Shown here one piece after another: positions 7,049 through 14,196 of a stretch of DNA of 20,521 bases. How positions within the stretch are numbered: position 1 is the first letter of the stretch; the number at the start of each line of letters is the position of its first letter. The notes beneath the pieces were generated by a model. The model made no database searches. It saw only the letters and a list, made by a program, of their open reading frames with translations, and was not told where the DNA came from. The translations under genes and the position numbers were made by a program. Source of the stretch: Planctomycetota bacterium (lineage in GTDB: Bacteria > Planctomycetota > SZUA-567 > H5-PLA8); the NCBI GenBank assembly GCA_038227875.1, contig JBBRPR010000097.1, positions 1 through 20,521 of the forward strand. The letters run 5' to 3'.

Positions 7049-10000
7049 TTATGCCTGCCCATCCACCATACGTTTGACTGCCTGACTCAGTTCGATGGGT
7101 TCAATGGGCTTCGACAGATGCAGCTGAAAGCCTGCCGCGAGGGCTTCGGACTTATCGGAATCTCCCGCGAAGGCCGTCAGCGCAATGGCCGGAATCGCCC
7201 GGATCCCCGGCTCGGAGGCGCGGACTTTCCGCATAAACGTGAGTCCGTCGCCATCGGGCAGCGCAATATCGCTGACGATCAGGTCCGGCCTGGCCGTCTC
7301 CAAATGCGTCAGCGCCTCGGCGGTGGTCCGCGCCGGGAACACCGAACAGCCGCACTTCACCAGCATCGCCACGATCAATTCCCGCGTGTCCGACTCGTCC
7401 TCGACCACCAGCACTTTCATTCCGGAGAGATCCGGCATCACGCGCGTGGCCGCTTCCGCCCCGTCCACGACCGCCCGGCCCTCCGCCAGCAGCGGCAGCG
7501 TGACCGTGAACGTGGCGCCCTTGCCGAGGCCGTCGCTGTGCGCCCGGACCGAACCGCCGTGCAACTCAACCAGCGACCGCACCAGCGCCAGGCCCAGTCC
7601 CAGTCCGCCGTGATTGCGCGTGGTCGAACTGTCCGCCTGCCGGAAACGCTCAAACAGCTGCGACAGAAATTCCGGCTTGATCCCCTGCCCCGTGTCAGAG
7701 ATGCGCAGTTCGGCCGCCGCGTTCACCACGCTCAGCGAAACGGCCACATTGCCGCCTTTGGGCGTGAACTTGATCGCGTTGATCAGCAGGTTCCAGACGA
7801 TCTGCTGCAAGCGGTCCGCGTCGCCGGAGACCGGACACGGGTCGTCGGTCAGGTGGACGTCGATGGCGATGTTGCGCGCCGTCGCCGTGGGTTGCGCGAT
7901 CTCCAGCGCCAGGCGGATCGCCTGCGCCAATTCCATCGGCCGCAGATTCAACCGCATCTTCCCGGCCACAATGCGCGAGATATCCAGCAGGTCCTCGATC
8001 AAATGGACTTGCACTTTGACGTTGCGCTCGATGGTGTCGATGGCGTGCGCGACGGTTTTTTCGTCCAGCCCACCCATGCGGATCATGCGCACCCAGCCGA
8101 AGATGGATGTCAGCGGCGTGCGCAGTTCGTGCGACAGCGTCATCAGGAATTCGTCCTTGGAACGGTTGGCGTGTTCGGCGATCACGCGCGCCGCCTGAGC
8201 CTCCCGCTGCTTGGATGCCAGTTGCCGCGCCAGCGACTCGAGGCTCTGCGCAGATGAGGTCAGTTCCGTCTGCAGAATGTCCCGGGTGCGCTTGATCGAC
8301 GACAAATTCCCGACACGCGCACGCAGTTCTTCCAGCACGATCGGCTTCATCATGTAATCGTGAGCGCCCTGTTGCAGCAGCCGCACCCGCAGGTCGTCGT
8401 CGGCCTTGGCCGTGAGCATGATCACCGGCGTGTTGCGCATCTCCGGAATGGACTGCAGTTCCTTCAGCATCTCCTCGCCGGTCTTGATCGGCATCATCAG
8501 GTCGCTGATGATCACGTCCGGATGCAGCGCCACGGCCTTGGCCACACCCTCCGCGCCATCAAAGGCCGTTTCGACCTGGAAGTCCCGCGTCAGGCTGGAG
8601 GCAATGAAGTGGCTCATCTCGGTGTTGTCTTCGACTACCAGCACCAGGGGCGTGGACGTACGATTGGCCGCGGTGAGTTCCGCGGGCTTGGTCTCCGGGA
8701 TTTTCCGCGGCCGCAGTTCGGCCAGCGTCGCCACAGCAATCCGCTCGGTCTGCGCCTGCGTCTCCGGTCCGGCCTGCAGGGCCACTTCCGCCCCTTCCGG
8801 CGCGCGCGCGGGAAGGGTGATCGAAAACGTTGCGCCGCCGCCGGGCGTCTCCGTCACGCCCACCTTGCCGCGGTGGAGTTGCACGAACTCCTTGACGATC
8901 GACAGGCCCAGCCCCGTACCGCCCGTGCGGCGCGTCTGTCCGCCGTCGATCTGGCGGAAGCGCTCGAAAATCTCGGCGCGGTATTTCTCGGGAACGCCCG
9001 GCCCGTTATCCTGCACCACCATCGACACGTCGCCGCCTGAGTTGCTGAGCACGCAACGCACCGTGCCCGTGGCGGGAGCGAACTTGAAGGCATTGGACAG
9101 GAGGTTAAACAGCGCGCGCTGAATCTTCTCTGGATCGACCTGCGCCCGCAGTTGCGGCGGCGCTTCCACGCTCAGCGAAATCGACCGTTCGCGGGCGAGC
9201 GAATCGAAGTAGCCAGCCGTCAGCCGGAACAACTGCGCCAGATCGACATCGCCATAATTGAGCGCCAGACGGCGCGCGTCGAGTTTCGACAGATCGAGCA
9301 GGTCGTTGACGTGCTTGAGCAGCAACTGCGCGTTGCGCTCGATCGTCTCCAGACTGTGGCGCTGCTCGGCGCCGATCGTCCCATTGGCGAGCAACTGTTG
9401 CGCGGGTCCGAGAATCAAGGTCAACGGCGTGCGCAGTTCGTGGCTGACGTTCGAGAAAAAGTCGGTCTTGATCTGATCCAGTTCCTGGGACTTTTCGTGC
9501 GCCAACTTCAGTTGCCCGTGCGTCGCTTCCAGTTCCTTGTGTGCGGCTTCCAACTGCGAGTGCGTGGCTTCCAGCACCAGCCGGCGTTCCTCGGCCAGTT
9601 CGACGCCTTTGATCACGCGCATCGCTTGCGGCAGCAGCGGGTAGAGCCACACCGCGGTGGTCACCGAGGCGACAGCCGTCACCACTTTGATCACGCCGGC
9701 CAGCCAGTATTGTGGTTCCCAGATCGTCCAGACTTCCATGAAATGCGTGCAGCCGCAGGCGCCGATGAAAATTCCGAAGGCGATGAACGCGAGGTGAAAC
9801 GGCACGCGCGCTTTTTGGACGAGGTAAACGAGGGTCATGGAAATCGACGCGTAGGCAATGCCGATCAGAAAATCCGAAGTCACGTGCAGCCAGATCAGCC
9901 GCGCATCATCCTGGTAACACGTTCGATGCGGCAGCAGGGACAATCCGGCATTGGGAAGGTACGTCCGCGCTCCCGCCCACACCAGAAACGCCACGACCAA

Positions 10001-10063
10001 GCCACTCGTTACCAGACCCGCCCTGCCGCCAGGACTGGCCCAGGTTTCTTTGATTGCACGCAT
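7049..10063 (-). CDS. Double hybrid sensor histidine kinase with N-terminal ETR1-like ethylene-binding TM domain (EBD-HisKA-HATPase-REC-HisKA-HATPase-REC)
   Basis: SDFLIGIAYASIS...FIGACGCTH...IKVVTAVAS matches the ETR1 TM1-3 pattern. Two H-boxes (NVSHELRTPL, TLSHELRTPL); two ATPase boxes (NLLSNAFKF..DNGPG..GTGLGL; NLLINAIKF..DTGQG..GLGLGL); two receivers (VEDN..SDLMMP..KP; VEDE..SDIALP..KP). Confidence 0.93.
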   Translation of the reverse strand: MRAIKETWASPGGRAGLVTSGLVVAFLVWAGARTYLPNAGLSLLPHRTCYQDDARLIWLHVTSDFLIGIAYASISMTLVYLVQKARVPFHLAFIAFGIFIGACGCTHFMEVWTIWEPQYWLAGVIKVVTAVASVTTAVWLYPLLPQAMRVIKGVELAEERRLVLEATHSQLEAAHKELEATHGQLKLAHEKSQELDQIKTDFFSNVSHELRTPLTLILGPAQQLLANGTIGAEQRHSLETIERNAQLLLKHVNDLLDLSKLDARRLALNYGDVDLAQLFRLTAGYFDSLARERSISLSVEAPPQLRAQVDPEKIQRALFNLLSNAFKFAPATGTVRCVLSNSGGDVSMVVQDNGPGVPEKYRAEIFERFRQIDGGQTRRTGGTGLGLSIVKEFVQLHRGKVGVTETPGGGATFSITLPARAPEGAEVALQAGPETQAQTERIAVATLAELRPRKIPETKPAELTAANRTSTPLVLVVEDNTEMSHFIASSLTRDFQVETAFDGAEGVAKAVALHPDVIISDLMMPIKTGEEMLKELQSIPEMRNTPVIMLTAKADDDLRVRLLQQGAHDYMMKPIVLEELRARVGNLSSIKRTRDILQTELTSSAQSLESLARQLASKQREAQAARVIAEHANRSKDEFLMTLSHELRTPLTSIFGWVRMIRMGGLDEKTVAHAIDTIERNVKVQVHLIEDLLDISRIVAGKMRLNLRPMELAQAIRLALEIAQPTATARNIAIDVHLTDDPCPVSGDADRLQQIVWNLLINAIKFTPKGGNVAVSLSVVNAAAELRISDTGQGIKPEFLSQLFERFRQADSSTTRNHGGLGLGLALVRSLVELHGGSVRAHSDGLGKGATFTVTLPLLAEGRAVVDGAEAATRVMPDLSGMKVLVVEDESDTRELIVAMLVKCGCSVFPARTTAEALTHLETARPDLIVSDIALPDGDGLTFMRKVRASEPGIRAIPAIALTAFAGDSDKSEALAAGFQLHLSKPIEPIELSQAVKRMVDGQA

Positions 10064-10116
10064 CGATTGACTCCGGAATAGCCCGACTTCGTCCTATTCA
10101 GGAGCAGAATATAGGA

Positions 10117-10134
10117 ATTATCAGAAATGATAAT
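10117..10134. promoter_or_regulatory. Perfect inverted repeat ATTATCA-N4-TGATAAT, putative repressor operator upstream of the ETR-like kinase
   Basis: Lies in the AT-rich 79-bp gap between the synthase stop and the kinase start. An adjacent second dyad TCCTAT-N13-ATAGGA spans 10092-10116. Confidence 0.45.
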
Positions 10135-10142
10135 GGATAAAA

Positions 10143-11009
10143 TCAGCACACGGCCGAACGGGCCTGCAGCCCGAAATAACATATCTCTTCGCGGCTCATC
10201 GGGCGGTGGCATTTGAAGAGCGCTTCGGCGACGGCGCGTTCTTCGGACTTTGAATACGGGTAGCGGTGGATGCGCCGGCCTTCCATATCGCGCCCGTGGG
10301 TGCTGTCGGATTTCTTCAAAATCGATTGGATCTCCGGGAGATTCAGCCGCAGCAGCAGCGCCGGCGCGCCCTGCACCCGCGCGCACGGACGCTCGGGACC
10401 CACTCGGGTGAAGCGCAGCATGCGCTGATAATAGCCTTCGTGACGCGGATTGACTTCCACCACCAGATCGCTGCAGCCCCGCACATCCCGCGCGAAGATA
10501 TAGCATTGATTGAACAGCTGCAGCAGGACCTCCCGCGATGCGGTGCAGCTCTCGTCGATCGCCAGGCGCGTCACCTCGGCGATGCGGCAGCCGGAATCGC
10601 GCAGCGACTGCACTTCCCCGGAATAGATCTCGTCGCACGGCAGGCCGCATTCGGAATCGAAGACCAGCGAGAGCGTCGCCCAGTCGTTTCCGGATGGATC
10701 TTGAGCCAGCAGCGTCAGCGTGTGCGGCTGGGCATCGTAAGGCGCGACGCAGAGATTCAAACCGTCATCGCTCACGTACCCCGCACGCTGATAGACGCGA
10801 TGGGCCAGCGCGTAAGCGCGCCGCCGCAACCCCAGCGTCGAAGCCACACGGATCTTGAACGGTGCCGGCGTTTGTGTTTGAGGAAGCGGGATGGCTTGGA
10901 GATCCGCCTGAACGACCGCGCGCAACGCCTGCGACACCGCCGACGAGCGGCGGCGGTGCGGAGCGATGGTTTCGAGTCCCAGGATGTGGCAATCTTCAGG
11001 CGAGATCAT
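10143..11009 (-). CDS. FeeM-like N-acyl amino acid synthase (GNAT/AHL-synthase fold)
   Basis: FKIRVA...AYALAHRVYQRAGY; TLSLVFDSECGLPCDEIY; RIAEVTRLAID; DLVVEVNPRHEGYYQRMLRF; APALLLRL is the characteristic FeeM/NAS pattern. ATG at 11009 with AAGGAG SD, overlapping the glycosyltransferase stop. Confidence 0.8.
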   Translation of the reverse strand: MISPEDCHILGLETIAPHRRRSSAVSQALRAVVQADLQAIPLPQTQTPAPFKIRVASTLGLRRRAYALAHRVYQRAGYVSDDGLNLCVAPYDAQPHTLTLLAQDPSGNDWATLSLVFDSECGLPCDEIYSGEVQSLRDSGCRIAEVTRLAIDESCTASREVLLQLFNQCYIFARDVRGCSDLVVEVNPRHEGYYQRMLRFTRVGPERPCARVQGAPALLLRLNLPEIQSILKKSDSTHGRDMEGRRIHRYPYSKSEERAVAEALFKCHRPMSREEICYFGLQARSAVC

Positions 11010-12324
11010 GGCGTTCTCCTTGGATGTGCGCGGCGGCCAGCTCCGGCTGCGTTTCAACGGTGAACGGTGCGAATCGGTTCAAGAATTGAATCCACTGCGC
11101 GCAGGTGTCGTGCCGCGCAATCGCGCGCGCCACCTCTGCCGCAGAGACCCGGTACACGTGGTGCCGCAGCGTTCCGATCGCGGCGCTGAGTGCACGAACG
11201 GTGGCGGCGCGCGGTTCGATGCTCAGGCCTGCGCCGCGTCCAACCACTGCGGCGGCGACGAGACCCTGATCGGGATTTCCCGGCAGGCACAGCAGCGGCA
11301 CGCCGGCCGCCAGGCTCTGATAGACCGTCCCGCTTCCGCCGTGACAGACCGTGAACGCCGCGCCTTCGAGAATCTCTTCCGGATCGAAGAACGGCGCGGC
11401 GATGCTGCGCGGCCCCAGGTCCGGCAACTGGCGGTAGAGCGTCTGCGCTTGCGTCGCGTTGACTCCGGACAGCGCGATGTCGTAGTCCGCGTTGAGCAGC
11501 GCGCGCAACACATTCGGCAGCACGCGCGCGTGGCCGGAACTGCCCATCGTCACGTATGCCAGCGGCCGGTTCCGCCCCAGTTCCGGCGCGGAGAGTTTGC
11601 GCACGTGGCGCGGCTTCCAGATCACCGGTCCGACAAAAAAGGAGCGCGCGTTTTCACGCTCCGCCTGCGCGGGATAGAGCTCCGGCAGATCCATGTAGGC
11701 GCAACTATCCCCGGCGGTGTAGTGCTGGCGGAAGTCGTTGAGTGGCCGCATTCCAAAGCGGCGGCGCACCGCATTGAGCGGCTGGGCGAACGTGCGGAAG
11801 GCCAGCGGCCGGATCAACGCGAAGAGTCCGTCGCGAACTTCCGTCGGAAGCACCCGGAAGAGTCCGACGTCCGGCGCGCCGAATCGACACGGCGCGTCTG
11901 GACTCCAGTGAGCGTTGTTCAACGCGACCAGCGGAATGCCCGCGCGCTGCGCCGAGATCGCCAGCGAGAGGCGGAAGTCGCCGACGATGACATCGGGACG
12001 CAGCATGGCGAAGAGTTCCAACTCGGCGCGCACATACGTTTCGAGCTCCGCGGCCGTGTAGAAGAATTGGCCCGCGTTGAGTCGCGCGTAGAACAAACCC
12101 GCGTCAATCGTCAGCAGTTCGTGCGGCACAAATCCTTCTGCTCGAGCCACGGAGGCAAAGGCGCTGCCGCACGCGAAATGGACGTCGTAGCCCGCGTCGC
12201 GCGTCCAGCGCGCCAGGGTCGCCGGCCGGCCGATGTGCGCCAGCGACACGGCCTCGCCCACGAAGAGAATCCGCGGGCTGGAGTGTTCGAGAACCGAACC
12301 GAAGGTGTGAGCGAAATGAGGCAT
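10996..12324 (-). CDS. GT1-family (GT-B) glycosyltransferase resembling mycobacterial PGL/p-HBAD rhamnosyltransferase Rv2962c
   Basis: RILFVGEAVSLAHIGRP; PDVIVGDFRLSLAISAQRAGIP...NAHWSP; PLNAVRRRFG; VGPVIW; YVTMGSSG; UDPGT-like CHGGSGTVYQSLAAGVPLLCLPGNPDQ. ATG at 12324 with TAAGGAG SD. Confidence 0.88.
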   Translation of the reverse strand: MPHFAHTFGSVLEHSSPRILFVGEAVSLAHIGRPATLARWTRDAGYDVHFACGSAFASVARAEGFVPHELLTIDAGLFYARLNAGQFFYTAAELETYVRAELELFAMLRPDVIVGDFRLSLAISAQRAGIPLVALNNAHWSPDAPCRFGAPDVGLFRVLPTEVRDGLFALIRPLAFRTFAQPLNAVRRRFGMRPLNDFRQHYTAGDSCAYMDLPELYPAQAERENARSFFVGPVIWKPRHVRKLSAPELGRNRPLAYVTMGSSGHARVLPNVLRALLNADYDIALSGVNATQAQTLYRQLPDLGPRSIAAPFFDPEEILEGAAFTVCHGGSGTVYQSLAAGVPLLCLPGNPDQGLVAAAVVGRGAGLSIEPRAATVRALSAAIGTLRHHVYRVSAAEVARAIARHDTCAQWIQFLNRFAPFTVETQPELAAAHIQGERHDLA

Positions 12325-12445
12325 CGGTGCGCTCCTTACACGTGTGGCGAGACAAAAGCGGACCGCGCCGCGAGCAACGCAGCCGCTGAAACTCCGCTTC
12401 ACATCCATTTCGCTTTACGAGCCGCGTGGCGCGCTCGTTGTCGGA

Positions 12446-13906
12446 CTACTCATTGAATTGAATCGTGACGGGCTTGCCGGGCACCGTGGATTGCAGCTCC
12501 GGCAGATCGTGAGTTCCGCTGCGTTTCTCCGGCGCGATCTTCTCGACGGCTTCGACGAACGCCCGGGTATCGGGCAGGTCCTCGGGACGGATGGACTCCA
12601 CTTTCAAATTGTCGATCCGGCAGGCACCGCGAACGAGCAGCGCCGGCCGCGCATTGAGCCGCGGGATTCCGTAGAAAATGCTCGCACGCTGGCCGTTGAT
12701 CCAGGTATCGATCGTGCGGCCACTGATGTAGGTTTTGACGGGAAACCAGGCGCCCACGTCGCTGGTCAGCACATTGCCCGCGTTGTGAAACACGCTGTAA
12801 TTCTGAACGTTGCTCCACGCGGCCGACAGCAAATGTTCGCCGGGCGGCAAGGGTTGGCAATCGTACGTGAGAAGGATTGGCAGCGGACCGGCGAACTCAG
12901 TCTCGGCGCCGAACGCAGCGCCGTGCGCAACGGTTTCCATACAACCCGAACCGTCCGCCCCGCCATTCGGCACGAAATGCCAGGAACCAAACGTGACTTT
13001 GAAATCGCGGGACTGCTCTGCCGAATTGAAGTTCCACGTGCGAACCGCTGGAGTGGGCGAAGTCATCGCCACTGCCGGTGCCGGGCTCACGGCCGGAATC
13101 GCCTGAACCGCTGCCGGCTTGCTGAACGCCGACCAACTGAGGGTTCCGACCACCGCAAGAACCGCCACGCCGCCCGCCAGGCTCAGCCACATTTTCCCAG
13201 CCGCTTTGCCACGAGGCGTTCCGACGCGGCGCGACGCTGTGACTGCGTCCAGCTTTTCAAGCTGGCCAAGCGTCATCGACTTCAAGCTCGCGGGAACGCC
13301 GGCGTCCGTCGCCAGCGCCCGGCCGATGTGCTCGGCCCCGATCAGCGGAATCGCAGCCGCGAATCCGGCCTTGGCCAGGTTGCCGCGCAGATTTTCCAGC
13401 GCCTTGTTGATCCGGAATGAGATCGTCTGCTGCGGAAGCTCCAGTTCCGCGCTGATCTGGCGCTGTGAAAGCCCCGCGCCGAAATGGAGCGAGATCAGCT
13501 GGCGTTCCAGCTCCGGCAACTCCCGCAGCACCGCCCACAACGCCGCGAGAAGTTCCGCCTGTTCCGTGCTTTCTGAGGAAGGCGCCGTGGCGCGTTGTTC
13601 GCGTTGCAAACCGGCCTCCTTCTGGCGTTGTTCCCGCCATTTGGTTTTCAGCAATCGAATCCCTTCGCGTGCCACGATGCTCAAGATCCATGCGCGCGCG
13701 TTATCGGTTTTGAACAGTTTCGCCGACTTCCACACCCGCAACATGCCTTCCTGCACGGCCTCATCGGCGATGCTGTGATTTCCGGTGATGCAGAGCGCCA
13801 GGTTGAACGAGACAGTCAGATATCGGTCGTAGAGCTCCGAAAACGCGTCGCGGTCGCCGCGCTGGGCAATCTCCGTCAGTAATTCCGCATCCGCCCGTTC
13901 GCTCAT
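12446..13906 (-). CDS. ECF sigma-70 factor with C-terminal TM helix and extracytoplasmic beta-rich domain
   Basis: Region 2: DAELLTEIAQRGDRDAFSELYDRY...ADEAVQEGMLRVW. Region 4: LPELERQLISLHFGAGLSQRQISAELELPQQTISFRINKALENLR. TM MWLSLAGGVAVLAVVGTLSW, Pro/Ala linker, then a ~200-aa beta-rich domain. ATG at 13906. Confidence 0.9.
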   Translation of the reverse strand: MSERADAELLTEIAQRGDRDAFSELYDRYLTVSFNLALCITGNHSIADEAVQEGMLRVWKSAKLFKTDNARAWILSIVAREGIRLLKTKWREQRQKEAGLQREQRATAPSSESTEQAELLAALWAVLRELPELERQLISLHFGAGLSQRQISAELELPQQTISFRINKALENLRGNLAKAGFAAAIPLIGAEHIGRALATDAGVPASLKSMTLGQLEKLDAVTASRRVGTPRGKAAGKMWLSLAGGVAVLAVVGTLSWSAFSKPAAVQAIPAVSPAPAVAMTSPTPAVRTWNFNSAEQSRDFKVTFGSWHFVPNGGADGSGCMETVAHGAAFGAETEFAGPLPILLTYDCQPLPPGEHLLSAAWSNVQNYSVFHNAGNVLTSDVGAWFPVKTYISGRTIDTWINGQRASIFYGIPRLNARPALLVRGACRIDNLKVESIRPEDLPDTRAFVEAVEKIAPEKRSGTHDLPELQSTVPGKPVTIQFNE

Positions 13907-14102
13907 CGTCGCTTCCAAGAGGCCCACACTGGCCTCGTGAGACTAGCAGGTCAAAGCCCCACGTCTGCCCAGTTTCACACCCAAGAAACCCAGTCGGATC
14001 GAGTGACCAACGAAAAGTGAGAATTCTGAACTGACTCCCAATCCAGAGCATACTTCCGACCGGAATTTTGCCCCGCCTGACTTAAAATCGATATATGCAC
14101 AG

Positions 14103-14121
14103 GTGCCCAATTTTGTGGCAC
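14103..14121. promoter_or_regulatory. Dyad GTGCC-N9-GGCAC in the AT-rich divergent promoter region; possible activator/bEBP binding site
   Basis: gtgcccaattttgtggcac, located between the divergent ECF and NtrC-type genes. Confidence 0.3.
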
Positions 14122-14196
14122 ATAGGGGGAACGTTTTAAAACCTATTGGTACGGAGAATGCGCAGGTATAAAAAGGTATTACGAAAGTGGGCTCTG

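Noticed and set aside
6475..10119. Inverted 9-mer AATTCCTAT (6475-6483) / ATAGGAATT (10111-10119) bracketing the kinase and reductase
   Set aside because: Too short, both copies lie in AT-rich gaps, and there is no transposase or target duplication; compatible with chance.
10143..11009. Calling the acyltransferase a LuxI AHL synthase
   Set aside because: It lacks the LuxI RxxxFxxxxxW and E.D.xD signature; the VNPRH and LxxD motifs fit FeeM-type synthases, and no luxR is present.
10966..12456. 496-aa + strand ORF
   Set aside because: Arg-rich antisense shadow of the glycosyltransferase.
14116..14132. TGGCAC as a possible sigma54 -24 element
   Set aside because: The -12 position reads GA (tggcacatagggggaac) rather than TTGC; the reverse-strand candidate has the wrong GG-GC spacing.
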